Origin: Tardiphaga sp.
GTDB lineage: Bacteria; Pseudomonadota; Alphaproteobacteria; Rhizobiales; Xanthobacteraceae
DNA length: 64,000 bases
Assembly (NCBI RefSeq): GCF_025356345.1
Contig: NZ_JANXTC010000393.1
Location: 2,631-66,630 of the forward strand
Reading direction: 5' to 3'
The position numbers and the translations under genes were made by a program. Shown one piece after another: positions 23,538 through 33,855 of this stretch (positions are counted from its first letter, which is position 1; every line of letters starts with the position of its first letter). Below the pieces are notes generated by a model. That model was given only the letters and a program-made list of their open reading frames with translations, did not search any database and was not told the DNA's origin.

Positions 23538-25262
23538 CTACGCCGCCCGCACCGAGTGCAGGAACTTGCTGACTTCCTGCTTCAGCCGGTTGCTTTCCGA
23601 CGACAGCGACTGCGCCGCCGACAGCACCAGCGACGACGCCGAACCGGTCTCGCTGGCACCGCGCTGGACATCGGCGATATTGGACGTGACCTGGGTGGTA
23701 CCCTGCGCCGCCTGCTGCACGTTGCGGGAAATTTCCCGGGTCGCGGCGCCCTGTTCCTCGACGGCGGAGGCGATGGTCGACGCAATCTCCGACATCCGTC
23801 CGATGGTCGCGCCGATTCCCTTGATCGCACCGACAGAGTGCTGCGTCGCGGCCTGAATCCCGCTGATCTGCGCGGAGATCTCGCCGGTTGCCTTCGCGGT
23901 CTGTTCGGCCAACGCCTTCACTTCGGAGGCCACCACCGCGAAGCCGCGGCCGGCCTCCCCGGCACGCGCCGCCTCGATCGTGGCGTTCAACGCCAGCAGA
24001 TTGGTCTGGCCAGCGATGTTGTTGATCAACTCGACAACATCGCCAATCCGTGAAGCGGCCACGGCGAGTTCGGAAACGCGATCATTGGTGTGCTGGGCCT
24101 GTTCGACCGCCTCGCCCGCGATACGCGCGGATTCCTGCACTTGACGGCTGATCTCGTTGACCGACGAGGCCATCTCCTCAGTGGCCGAGGCGACCGACTG
24201 CACATTGGTCGACGCCACTTCCGAGGCGTCGGCGACCAGATTGGTCAATTGCTGCGAACGCTCCGCCGTCCCGGACAGCTTGCCAGCCGAAACCTCCAAT
24301 TCGGCCGATGCCGAAAAGACCGCATCAACGATCCTTCCGACCACGCCTTCGAACTGGTCGGCCATCCGGATCATGTCCTGACGGCGCTGCTCGACGCTCA
24401 GCGTCTCGGCTTCGATTTGTTCGGTCTTCATCCGCTCGACCTCAAGCCCGTTGGACTTGAACACCGCGAGCGCTGATATGATCTGGCCAATTTCATCGCG
24501 GCTGCGGTGCACCGGCAGGTCGGCTGACAAATCACCCGCGGCCAGCCGGTTCATCGTCGCAATACTTGCTTTCAACGGCCGGGCGACGCCGTTACGCGCG
24601 GCCAGATAGCTGGCGACGATCGCAAGCGCCATGACCAGCAGGGTGGCAGAGATGATCGTCCACAGCGTCTCCTGCGCCGTTTCCAGGAAGTCGACTTTCT
24701 TGAGACCGACATACAGAATGCCGATCACCTGCCCGCTGGCATCGAGGATCGGATCATAGGCCGTCATGTACGGCTCTTCGAGAATTTTCGTCTCGCCACG
24801 AAACGACGTCTTGCGGTCGAAGATCGCCGCATAGGCCGCGTTGCGCGCCAGTTGCGTACCGACCGCGCGCGTGCCATCCGGTTTCATCACATTGGTGGTG
24901 ATCCGGGTATCATTCATGAAGATCGTGCAGGTGCCGCCGACCAGGCTCTTGACCTTGTCGACAATGGCCGTGTCGCCGTTCAGCACTTGTCCGTTCCGCA
25001 GCAATTTGCCGTCAGCGATGCTGAAATCCTTGCCTTTGGAACCAAGTACCTCCCATGCCACCCGCAGATTGGTTTCAACCCGCTCGGTGGCGGCCCTGCT
25101 GGCACCGCGGTCCAGCACGTACCAGGCAACGCTGGTCACGCAGATGCCCAAAGCGAGGATGCCCGAGATCAAGAGCAGCATGATCCGGGGTACGAGGCCA
25201 AAAACGGTGCGCGCGTGGGAAACTTCCGGTTCCGGGGCGAAAGCCATGTGCTGCGATGACAA
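23538..25262 (-). CDS. Methyl-accepting chemotaxis protein (array MCP6), Cache-type sensor
   Basis: [38 protein letters not shown] and [22 protein letters not shown], typical of Cache-family sensors; conserved tip. Start 25262 (TTG) or 25247 (ATG). Confidence 0.93.
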   Translation of the reverse strand: MSSQHMAFAPEPEVSHARTVFGLVPRIMLLLISGILALGICVTSVAWYVLDRGASRAATERVETNLRVAWEVLGSKGKDFSIADGKLLRNGQVLNGDTAIVDKVKSLVGGTCTIFMNDTRITTNVMKPDGTRAVGTQLARNAAYAAIFDRKTSFRGETKILEEPYMTAYDPILDASGQVIGILYVGLKKVDFLETAQETLWTIISATLLVMALAIVASYLAARNGVARPLKASIATMNRLAAGDLSADLPVHRSRDEIGQIISALAVFKSNGLEVERMKTEQIEAETLSVEQRRQDMIRMADQFEGVVGRIVDAVFSASAELEVSAGKLSGTAERSQQLTNLVADASEVASTNVQSVASATEEMASSVNEISRQVQESARIAGEAVEQAQHTNDRVSELAVAASRIGDVVELINNIAGQTNLLALNATIEAARAGEAGRGFAVVASEVKALAEQTAKATGEISAQISGIQAATQHSVGAIKGIGATIGRMSEIASTIASAVEEQGAATREISRNVQQAAQGTTQVTSNIADVQRGASETGSASSLVLSAAQSLSSESNRLKQEVSKFLHSVRAA

Positions 25263-25554
25263 TTAAGATCTCCGTACAGACAGGTGGCGTGCCGCCTGTG
25301 GAATCGCAGGAGGACACGTCAGCGCAATAGATTTCGAAGCAAAAAATGATCGATCAGCAGTTATCGGCAGAGCCCCCTCCGCAATCAATCGCGCACGGAT
25401 ACTCGCATCCGTAGTCTCACGCTATACGGTTAAGTACTTGCTTATTTTATGATAGCACGCGGTGATGTGTCGTATTGATCATCGATCAAAAGAAAGGCGT
25501 GTCGCCCGGTCACGATCGCCTCATTGAGCGATCGTGATGTCCGTTGGGTCGATA

Positions 25555-27558
25555 TCACGCCGCCCGCACCGATTGCAGGAACCTGCTGACTTCCTGCTTC
25601 AGCCGGCTGCTTTCCGACGACAGCGACTGCGCCGCGGAGAGCACCTGCGACGACGCCGAACCGGTCTCGCTGGCACCGCGCTGGACATCGGCAATATTGG
25701 ACGTCACCTGGGTGGTACCATGCGCCGCCTGCTGCACGTTGCGGGCGATCTCCTGCGTCGCCGTGCCCTGCCCGTCCACCGCGGAAGCCACGCTTGACGC
25801 GATCTGCGACATCTGTCCGATCGTATCGCCGATCGCCTTGATCGCGATCACCGATTCATCGGTCGCGCTCTGAATGCTACTGATCTGCATTCCGATCTCG
25901 CCGGTGGCACGCGCGGTCTGCTCGGCCAGCGCCTTCACCTCGGACGCCACCACGGCGAAGCCGCGACCGGCATCGCCGGCGCGCGCCGCTTCGATCGTCG
26001 CGTTGAGGGCCAGCAGATTGGTTTGTCCCGCGATGGTATTGATCAGTTCGACGACCGCGCCGATCCGGCTCGCCGCCTTCGACAGTTCGGCGACCCGGTC
26101 ATTGGTAGTCTTCGCCTGGGCCACCGCCGCATTGGCGATGCGTGCCGATTCCTGGACCTGGCGACCGATCTCGGTGATCGAGGTGGACATTTCCTCGGTG
26201 GACAACGCCACCGATCGAACATTGGTGGAAGCCTCCTCGGACGCCGCGGCGACCATGGTGGTCAGCCGCTGCGAGCGCTCCGCGGTCGATGTCAGCGTTC
26301 CCGCCGAGGCTTCGAGCTCGGTCGAGGCTGACGACACCGTCTCGATGATCTGGCCCACCGCGCCTTCGAAATCATCGGCCAATTTTATCATCTCGCGCCG
26401 GCGCTGCGCGGCGGCGGTCTGGTCCTCGGCGATCCTGGCTGCCGCCTCGTCACGCGCCTTCTGCTCCGCCCTGACCTTGAAGGTCTCGACCGCCTGCGCC
26501 ATGTCGCCGACTTCGTCCCGGCGGCCGAGGCCGGGCAACACCACGCCGAAATCACCATCGGCCAGTCTTTTCATGCCGGCGGTCAGACCCGCGAGCGGAC
26601 CGATGATGCCCCGCGCGATCAAGAACGCAATCAGCAGCCCGCAAATGGCGGCAACGGCGGCGACCGCCTGTTGGGTCGTGATGGTGCCGGTGATCTTCTC
26701 GTCGGTCAGCGCGGCGTTGGTCGTGAACGACCGCTGCGACGACGCCTTGACGGTGTCCATCTTTTCGATGGCGACGATGATGGTCGGCGTCACCGACTTA
26801 TAGAACAGCTCGTCCATCATCAACAGATTGACCGACGCCTTGTCGAACACGTTCGAATAGCTCTTCAGATTGGCCTTGATCATGCCGAACAACGCCTCGA
26901 GGCTTGCCGGCATATCCAGTTTTTCCAGCTCGGCGATCTGCTTCTGTGCGTTGCCGATACTGGTCTTGAACTGCATCAGGCTGCCCTGGTCGCGACTGGC
27001 GAGAAATCGCCATTGGGCAACCTGGACCAGCAGCGTTTCCGACTGCAGGCTTGTCGCTCCCTGGGCGAAAACAGTATTGCGCGTGGCAATGACCAGCTTC
27101 TGCAGCCCGCTCGTCAGTTTCTCGCTTTCGCCAAGCAAAGCGGCGCGGCCATCGACCATCAATTTGACAGTGTCGCCGAGATCGAGCCGCATGCCTTTCA
27201 GGTCCGAGACGCTCTTGTCGATCTCGCGGTACACCGCGCGACGATCTTCCTGCCGCACCAATCTGATGGCGACTTCCAGCAGGCTGCCAACATTGTCCAG
27301 CAGCCTTCCGGACTCCTGATAGGAGGCCTGGTCCTGGTCAAAGATGAATCGCAGCATCGCCCGGCGCATCGATTGCAGCTCGGCGGCAATCTCGACCGAT
27401 CGCAGGGTGTTGGCCGAGCCGACATTCATCGATCGAACCTGACCGCTGATATCGCTGAGTTGCCACACTGAAAATCCCGCCATGGCGGCGCCGAACATTA
27501 CCAGCGCGCCAAAGCCCGCATAGAGACGACCACGAATTCGGAGACGAAACAGCGACAT
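25555..27558 (-). CDS. Methyl-accepting chemotaxis protein (array MCP7), large helical sensor
   Basis: [14 protein letters not shown]1, about 270-aa helical periplasmic region, HAMP (GIIGPL...RRDEVGDM), conserved tip. Confidence 0.95.
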   Translation of the reverse strand: MSLFRLRIRGRLYAGFGALVMFGAAMAGFSVWQLSDISGQVRSMNVGSANTLRSVEIAAELQSMRRAMLRFIFDQDQASYQESGRLLDNVGSLLEVAIRLVRQEDRRAVYREIDKSVSDLKGMRLDLGDTVKLMVDGRAALLGESEKLTSGLQKLVIATRNTVFAQGATSLQSETLLVQVAQWRFLASRDQGSLMQFKTSIGNAQKQIAELEKLDMPASLEALFGMIKANLKSYSNVFDKASVNLLMMDELFYKSVTPTIIVAIEKMDTVKASSQRSFTTNAALTDEKITGTITTQQAVAAVAAICGLLIAFLIARGIIGPLAGLTAGMKRLADGDFGVVLPGLGRRDEVGDMAQAVETFKVRAEQKARDEAAARIAEDQTAAAQRRREMIKLADDFEGAVGQIIETVSSASTELEASAGTLTSTAERSQRLTTMVAAASEEASTNVRSVALSTEEMSTSITEIGRQVQESARIANAAVAQAKTTNDRVAELSKAASRIGAVVELINTIAGQTNLLALNATIEAARAGDAGRGFAVVASEVKALAEQTARATGEIGMQISSIQSATDESVIAIKAIGDTIGQMSQIASSVASAVDGQGTATQEIARNVQQAAHGTTQVTSNIADVQRGASETGSASSQVLSAAQSLSSESSRLKQEVSRFLQSVRAA

Positions 27559-27680
27559 GCGATTTTCCTTGATCAGCGCGACGGTCCGGATGCAACAGAA
27601 GAGCCGAGACGGGACGAAGAACGACGGTGTATAATTACCATCGAAACTCTAACCTGCCCGTTAACGTGGTAGGCGGCCTG

Positions 27681-27773
27681 CCAGAGCGGGATGACCTCAA
27701 GATGAATCGGTGTCCCATCCCCCGTCATTGCGAGGTCAGTGATTTGGACTAAACTAAAGTCATCCCGCTCTGG
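27681..27773. repeat. Short member of the same composite repeat family
   Basis: Perfect 15-bp terminal inverted repeat CCAGAGCGGGATGAC / GTCATCCCGCTCTGG enclosing CCCCCGTCATTGCGAGGTCAG. Confidence 0.7.
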
Positions 27774-27872
27774 TATCAGAATGAAGCATCGCCAGATCAG
27801 CCCCGATGGATCGGCGCGCCACGGTGTCCATGCGGATCACCGCGGTCCGCGAGGCCGCGATAGACCTTCCCG

Positions 27873-29903
27873 CTAGGCCGCGCGCACTGAGTCCAGGAAC
27901 CTGCCGACTTCGGTCTTCAGCCGAAGGCTTTCACCGGACAGCGACTGCGCCGCCGACAGCACCTGGGACGACGCGGATCCGGTTTCCCCGGCACCGCGCT
28001 GGACATCGACGATGTTGCTGCTGACCTGGGTGGTACCGCTCGAGGCCTGCTGGACGTTGCGGGAAATCTCTCTCGTCGCCGCGCCCTGCTCCTCGACCGC
28101 CGAGGCGATAGTGGAGGCGATTTCCGACATCCGGCCGATCGTATCGCCGATCTCCTTGATCGCTCCGACGGATTCCCGCGTCGCGGCCTGAATGCCATGG
28201 ATGTGCTGGCTGATATCGCCGGTGGCTTTGGCTGTCTGCTCGGCCAGTGCCTTGACCTCCGAGGCGACCACGGCGAAGCCGCGCCCGGCATCGCCGGCGC
28301 GCGCCGCCTCGATCGTGGCGTTCAGCGCCAGCAGGTTGGTCTGGCCGGCGATGGTGTTGATCAGTTCGACGACATCGCCGATCCGCGCCGCGGCCCTGGC
28401 CAGTTCACCGACGCGATCATTGGTCTTGCGAACCTGATCGACGGCGGCGCTGGCGATGGTCGAGGATTCCTGAACCTGGCGGCTGATCTCGTCGACCGAC
28501 GACGCCATTTCCTCGGTCGCGGATGCGACCGATCGCACATTGGTGGCGGCCTCGTCCGAGGCCGCGGCCACCATGATGGTGAGTTGCTGGGTTCGCTCCG
28601 CGGTCGCCGTCAGCGTCCCCGCGGATGCTTCGAGCTGCGTCGAGGCGGACGATACCGTCTGAACGATGTTGCCGACGGCATTCTCGAAATCATCGGCCAG
28701 CTTGACCATGTCGCGCTTGCGCGATGCCGCGGCCAGCTGGTCGCGACTGACCGACGCGGCGGCTTCATCGCGCGCTTTCTGCTCGGCGTTCTCGCGGATC
28801 ACGGAAACCGTCTTGGCAATGTCGCCGATTTCATCGCCGCGCCCGGCGCCGGGGATTTCGAGGTCGAGGTCGCCCGCCGCCATCTTCGCCATCGCGCCGT
28901 TCAGCCGCGTCATGGGACGGGCGACGCCGAGGAAGGAAAACAACATGGTGCCGATCAGAACCGCGACGACGGCCAGTCCCAGTGCCCGATTGACCAGGCC
29001 CGACCGCGCCAATTCGTCGGCCGCCCCGGCGCGTGCTTCCACGGTCGATTTCTGCGCCGCGGCCACGGCGGCGGCGATCAGCGACGACGCGGCCTCGCCG
29101 GCGGGAGCAGCCTTGGTATCGGTGATGCTGGTTTTCAGGTCATTGATGTTGATGGCTTCGCTGGTGGCCGACATGAAGCGCTTCATATCCGTGCCCAGCT
29201 GCGTCAGGCCGGCCTGTACCATTTCGTTCTCGTCGACGACGCTGGCGCGTGCCAACGCATTGGTCAGCGCGCTGCCGTATTTGGTGATCAGTGCTTTCTG
29301 CGGAGCCTCGTTCATCGCGGCATAGCGCCAGGCCGCGGCACGCACCGCGTTGATGGCGATGTCGGCGTTCCGGAGCTGGACGTTCACTTCGGCCCAGCTC
29401 GCCGTTTCGACAATGGCCGTGGTCGCCCGCATCTGTTCGAGATGGCGATCCCAGTCGAGGGCGGCGACATTCCGTGTCCGGTACAGTTCGAGCAGCTTCT
29501 TCTGCAGGCCGACAATTTCAGCGGCGCTCGCGACATATTCGCCGGCCATCGCCTTGATCCTTGCGAACCGCTCCTTGTTGGCCGGCTGTACCAGCAGGGC
29601 TATCGTCGCATCCAGACTCTGGTCCTGAGCCGCCTTGGCGGCCTGGATATCAGCATTGCCCTTGTCTACCTGCGAGGTGGTGATAGCCGTTCGCACGCTG
29701 CGCGTGGCAAATCGCATATTGCCGAGCTCGAACTCCACCATCCGCGCGCTATCGGCGATTTTCTGCTGCACCTCGGCATGACGGTTGGCCTCGTTGATTG
29801 AACCTTCCGTCCGCATCTCGTTTATAACAAGTCCACCCGCAAGCAGGATGCCTACGACACCGGCCAGCCCCAACTTGTTTCCGACGCGGTTGAACGTGAT
29901 CAT
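27873..29903 (-). CDS. Methyl-accepting chemotaxis protein (array MCP8), sensor paralogous to MCP2
   Basis: 676 aa like MCP2; [11 protein letters not shown] start, AAWRYA vs MCP2 [19 protein letters not shown], conserved tip. Confidence 0.95.
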   Translation of the reverse strand: MITFNRVGNKLGLAGVVGILLAGGLVINEMRTEGSINEANRHAEVQQKIADSARMVEFELGNMRFATRSVRTAITTSQVDKGNADIQAAKAAQDQSLDATIALLVQPANKERFARIKAMAGEYVASAAEIVGLQKKLLELYRTRNVAALDWDRHLEQMRATTAIVETASWAEVNVQLRNADIAINAVRAAAWRYAAMNEAPQKALITKYGSALTNALARASVVDENEMVQAGLTQLGTDMKRFMSATSEAININDLKTSITDTKAAPAGEAASSLIAAAVAAAQKSTVEARAGAADELARSGLVNRALGLAVVAVLIGTMLFSFLGVARPMTRLNGAMAKMAAGDLDLEIPGAGRGDEIGDIAKTVSVIRENAEQKARDEAAASVSRDQLAAASRKRDMVKLADDFENAVGNIVQTVSSASTQLEASAGTLTATAERTQQLTIMVAAASDEAATNVRSVASATEEMASSVDEISRQVQESSTIASAAVDQVRKTNDRVGELARAAARIGDVVELINTIAGQTNLLALNATIEAARAGDAGRGFAVVASEVKALAEQTAKATGDISQHIHGIQAATRESVGAIKEIGDTIGRMSEIASTIASAVEEQGAATREISRNVQQASSGTTQVSSNIVDVQRGAGETGSASSQVLSAAQSLSGESLRLKTEVGRFLDSVRAA

Positions 29904-30049
29904 CTCAATCTACTTTCCGGAAGTTGACGAAAGGTCGAGCCAAGGCACCGACCGCGGCGAACGACCATCGGTCTTGCTATCTACATCTATGGTCGAAGGT
30001 GCGCGGATTCTGGAGGTGGCCGCGGCGGACATGCCCGTTGGAGAAGTCC

Positions 30050-30111
30050 GTGAGGACGAAACCTGGTCGCGCCGGTGGAGTTCAATCAGCGACGCGGGGC
30101 TTCGTCCTCAC
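30050..30111. other. Long stem-loop upstream of MCP8
   Basis: GTGAGGACGAA (30050-30060) / TTCGTCCTCAC (30101-30111), with inner GTCGC / GCGAC arms. Confidence 0.5.
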
Positions 30112-30206
30112 AGGTTACAAAATACCAGCGAGACCTGATACAATCGTTAATTTTCCGCAATGCGGCACAGTAAATGACGCATAGCCGACATGCGCGGGCG
30201 CAACCT

Positions 30207-30944
30207 CTAATGCGACAGGATCTTAGAGAGAAACTGCTGCGCGCGTTCGCTGCGCGGGCTGCCGAAGAAATCGTCCTTGTTGGCGTCCTCGACGATCTCG
30301 CCAGCGTCCATGAAGATCACGCGGTTGGCGACCTTCTTGGCAAAACCCATTTCGTGGGTCACGACCATCATGGTCATGCCTTCGCGGGCCAATTCGACCA
30401 TGACGTCGAGCACCTCGTTGATCATTTCCGGATCCAGCGCCGAGGTCGGCTCGTCGAACAACATGCAGATCGGGTCCATCACCAGCGCCCGCGCAATGGC
30501 GACGCGCTGCTGCTGGCCCCCCGAGAGCTGCCCCGGATATTTCTGCGCGTGCGCCGTCAGGCCGACGCGGTCCAGCATCTTCATCGCCTTGGCCGTCGCG
30601 GAGTCTTCCGAACGGCCGAGCACGCGGGTCTGGCCAAGGCATAGATTTTCGACGATGCGCAAATGCGGAAACAGTTCGAAGTGCTGGAACACCATGCCGA
30701 CGCGCGAACGCAGTTTTGGCAGATCCTTTTTCATGGTGGTGACGTTGAGCCCGTCCACGGTAATGGTGCCTTCCTGCACCGGCTCCAGCGCGTTCACGGT
30801 CTTGATCAGCGTCGACTTGCCCGATCCCGACGGGCCACAAACCACTACCACCTCGCCCTTGTCGACGGCGGTGGTGCAGTTCTTCAGCACCTGAAAGGTC
30901 GGGTTGTACCACTTGCTGACATTGTCGATGGTGATCATGGGCAT
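30207..30944 (-). CDS. Polar amino-acid ABC transporter ATP-binding subunit (GltL-like)
   Basis: Walker [35 protein letters not shown]. Confidence 0.95.
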   Translation of the reverse strand: MPMITIDNVSKWYNPTFQVLKNCTTAVDKGEVVVVCGPSGSGKSTLIKTVNALEPVQEGTITVDGLNVTTMKKDLPKLRSRVGMVFQHFELFPHLRIVENLCLGQTRVLGRSEDSATAKAMKMLDRVGLTAHAQKYPGQLSGGQQQRVAIARALVMDPICMLFDEPTSALDPEMINEVLDVMVELAREGMTMMVVTHEMGFAKKVANRVIFMDAGEIVEDANKDDFFGSPRSERAQQFLSKILSH

Positions 30945-30988
30945 GGGGATCGACCGGATGTTGGAGACACGGATAAGGCTCAGATGGA

Positions 30989-31684
30989 CTAGCGGATGAT
31001 GCTGATGCGCTTGCCCAGCCGCTTCACGAAGAACGACGCGGTAAAGCAGATCACGAAATAGACCACCGCCGCGAACAGATACATTTCAGTAAGGCGGCCG
31101 TCGCGCTGCGCCACCTTGGACGCGGCGCCCAGGAAGTCGGTGATCGACAGCACGTAGACCAGCGAAGTGTCCTGGAACAGCACGATGGTCTGGGTAAAGA
31201 TCACCGGCAGCATGTTGCGGAAGGCCTGCGGCAGCACCACGTAGCGCATCACCTCGCGGTAGTTCAGGCCGATGGCGTAGCCGGCCATCACCTGCCCGCG
31301 CGGAATCGACTGGATGCCGGCGCGCATGATCTCGGAGAAGTACGCCGCCTCGAACAGCGTGAAGGTGATGATGGTCGACGAATAGGCGCCGACCTGCACC
31401 GGCTGGTCGGCGCGCATGATCCATTGCCCGATATAGGGCATCAGGAAGTAGAACAGGAAGATCACCAGCACCAGCGGCAGCGAGCGCATCAAATTGACGT
31501 AGCTCGCCGCGAAGGTCGACAGCACACTGTTCGACGACAGCCGCATCAGGGCGACCAGCGTGCCGAGGATCAAACCGCCGACGGTGGCGATCACCGTCAG
31601 CGTCAGCGTGAAGGTCATGCCCTGCTGGAACAGATAGGGAAGGCTGCGCCAGATGACGTTGAAATCGAAATCGCTGAACATCAC
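30989..31684 (-). CDS. Polar amino-acid ABC transporter permease (GltK-like)
   Basis: [39 protein letters not shown]. Confidence 0.92.
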   Translation of the reverse strand: MMFSDFDFNVIWRSLPYLFQQGMTFTLTLTVIATVGGLILGTLVALMRLSSNSVLSTFAASYVNLMRSLPLVLVIFLFYFLMPYIGQWIMRADQPVQVGAYSSTIITFTLFEAAYFSEIMRAGIQSIPRGQVMAGYAIGLNYREVMRYVVLPQAFRNMLPVIFTQTIVLFQDTSLVYVLSITDFLGAASKVAQRDGRLTEMYLFAAVVYFVICFTASFFVKRLGKRISIIR

Positions 31685-32415
31685 GCCTTACCCCCGTTGA
31701 AGCCGGGGATGACGAGACGCTTCTCCGCATAACGCATCCCGATCGTCACCACCGCGCTGAGCGCGAGGTAGATGACGGTCGCGGCGGTGAAGGCCTCGAA
31801 GACCTGGAACGAGAACTCCTGCATCGAGCGCGCCCGCGCCGTCAGTTCCAGCACGCCGATGGTCAGCGCCACCGCGGTGTTCTTGATGGTGTTGAGGAAT
31901 TCGGAGGTCAGCGGCGGAAAGATCACGCGGTAGGCCAGCGGAAGCAGAATGTAGCGATAGGTCTGCACGGTGGTGAGGCCGATCGCGGTGCCGGCCATGC
32001 GCTGCCCCTTGGGCAGCGAATTGATGCCGGCGCTGACCTGGGTGGCGACGCGCGACGACATATACAGCCCGATGCCGATCACCGCCGTGTAAAACGGACC
32101 GTTACGCAGCTGCTTGACCCAGGTGCCGAGATCCTGCGGGAGCAATTCGGGAACGACGAAAAACCAGATGAACAGCTGCACCAGCAACGGAATGTTGCGG
32201 AACATCTCGATATAGGCGTTGCCGAGAAACACCGGCCATTTCGATGGCAAGGTACGGATGATGCCGATCAGCGAGCCGATCACGAAGGCAATGGTCCAGG
32301 CGCAGATCGCGGTCAGGATCGTCACCCCCAGCCCGCTCATCAGCGTGCTGAAATAAGTGCCGGTCGCTTCAGGCGTCTGCTCCCAGAAGATTCCCCAATT
32401 CCAGTTATAATTCAC
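31681..32415 (-). CDS. Polar amino-acid ABC transporter permease (GltJ-like)
   Basis: GTG start at 32415 after GGGGGA; NYNWNWGIF, EMFRNIPLLVQLF, FPPLTSEFLNTIKN. Confidence 0.92.
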   Translation of the reverse strand: MNYNWNWGIFWEQTPEATGTYFSTLMSGLGVTILTAICAWTIAFVIGSLIGIIRTLPSKWPVFLGNAYIEMFRNIPLLVQLFIWFFVVPELLPQDLGTWVKQLRNGPFYTAVIGIGLYMSSRVATQVSAGINSLPKGQRMAGTAIGLTTVQTYRYILLPLAYRVIFPPLTSEFLNTIKNTAVALTIGVLELTARARSMQEFSFQVFEAFTAATVIYLALSAVVTIGMRYAEKRLVIPGFNGGKA

Positions 32416-32448
32416 GACTGTCCCCCGCGACGTGCGCCTTGGCCGGAA

Positions 32449-32477
32449 CCCATGCAATGGCTGGGCCATTGCATGGG
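32449..32477. other. Intercistronic hairpin between binding-protein and permease genes
   Basis: 13-bp perfect stem CCCATGCAATGGC / GCCATTGCATGGG with a 3-nt loop and no U-tract. Confidence 0.6.
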
Positions 32478-32489
32478 CAGTGGTCGTCG

Positions 32490-33404
32490 TTACATCGCGT
32501 AGGCGTCGGGATCAGCCGAATCGGAGGGCTTGGCAAACGCCTTGGTCTGCTCGGTGCCCATCGGCACGTTCAGGTTCAGGCCCTTGGGCGGAATCGCCTG
32601 GGTGAACCACTTGTCGTACAGCTTCTTGCCATCGGCACTGGTGTACAGCGCGGCGGTCGCGCCATCGACGACCTTCTTGAACGGCACGTCGTCCTTGCGC
32701 AGCATGATGCCATAGGGCTCGGGCTTGGAGAACGCATCCTTGGAGATGACGTATCCGGTCGGATCCTTGGAGCCGGCGGCGAGGCTGGCGAGCAGGATAT
32801 CGTCCATCACGAAGGCGACGGCGCGATCGGTCTCGACCATCAGGAAGGCTTCGGCATGGTCCTTGGCGGCGATGATGTTGATGCCGAGGTTGCGCGCGGC
32901 GTTGGCTTCAGTGAGCTGCTTGATATTGGTGGTACCGGAGGTGGAGACCACCGACTTGCCCTTGAGGTCATCGATCGCGCTGAGCTTGCTGGACTTCTTC
33001 GAGACGAAGCGGCTGGCGGTCAGGAAGTGGGTGTTGGTGAAGGAAACCTGCTTCTGGCGATCGACATTATTGGTGGTCGAACCGCATTCGAGATCGACGG
33101 TGCCGTTGGCGATCAGCGGAATGCGGGTCGCGGAGGTCACCGGGTTCAGCTTGACCTCGAGCTTCTCGAGCTTGAGGTCGGCTTTCACGGCGTCGACGAT
33201 CTTGTAGCAGATGTCCATCGCGAAGCCGACCGGCTTCTGATTGTCATCCAGATAGGAGAACGGCACCGACGAATCGCGGAAACCGATAGTGATCGCACCG
33301 GTGTCCTTGATCTTCTTCAAGGTACCGGTCAGCTCCTGCGCCTGAGCCTGCCCCGCGCAGATCGCCATGGCGACCACGGTGCCCAATAGGTGAATGCGTT
33401 TCAT
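32490..33404 (-). CDS. Glutamate/aspartate-type ABC substrate-binding protein (GltI-like)
   Basis: ATG at 33404 after GAGGAG; signal peptide; TLKKIKDTGAITIGFRDSSVPFSY, RIPLIANGTVDLECGSTTN, FVMDDILL. Confidence 0.92.
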   Translation of the reverse strand: MKRIHLLGTVVAMAICAGQAQAQELTGTLKKIKDTGAITIGFRDSSVPFSYLDDNQKPVGFAMDICYKIVDAVKADLKLEKLEVKLNPVTSATRIPLIANGTVDLECGSTTNNVDRQKQVSFTNTHFLTASRFVSKKSSKLSAIDDLKGKSVVSTSGTTNIKQLTEANAARNLGINIIAAKDHAEAFLMVETDRAVAFVMDDILLASLAAGSKDPTGYVISKDAFSKPEPYGIMLRKDDVPFKKVVDGATAALYTSADGKKLYDKWFTQAIPPKGLNLNVPMGTEQTKAFAKPSDSADPDAYAM

Positions 33405-33855
33405 GTACCCTCTCCTCAACTGTTCAACCCGGACCGGCCGCCTGCCACTTTGGGATGAGCGCCCCGGTCCGCCGTTCGGGATGCTTGCACAATCGGGGCC
33501 AAAACGGAATTGTACGGAAGGTGGTTTGTCGGGGATGTCGCAGCACGGTAAATCCCGGTGATGAGCAACGCCCTTCATGCCCCCTGCGACGTCGTCGCCG
33601 CACGCGCCGCAACGTCGGCGAATAGTCCGGCCGGGTCATCGTTACCTTGATGACGCTGATCTTTTTGTTGTACGGCGCATCATCGTCGTGATCGGCTTCA
33701 AGCTGGTGCCGCGGATCGGCACCGGGGCCAATTATTGCGCTGCCGGCGATGGGGTTGATCTCGCTGGGAATGGCCGGCACGAACAGGCCGCCGAATTTCT
33801 GGACAAATGCCGCGCGATCCAGCGCAGCATTGAAACGAACGCGAAGCCTTCAAGG

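Noticed and set aside
25475-25489. FNR/FixK box TTGAT..ATCAA upstream of MCP6
   Set aside because: The spacer is 5 nt (CATCG) rather than the required 4.
13294-29801. Repeated plus-strand ORFs antisense to the MCP genes (e.g. [15 protein letters not shown])
   Set aside because: They recur only because the sense-strand tip sequence is conserved.
13242-29903. CRISPR array or tandem repeat suggested by many near-identical segments
   Set aside because: The repeated segments are the conserved signalling domains of the MCP genes. There are no short direct repeats with unique spacers and no cas genes.
30045-30062. Active hammerhead ribozyme
   Set aside because: The catalytic CUGANGA is not intact and stem I cannot form; kept only as a low-confidence finding.
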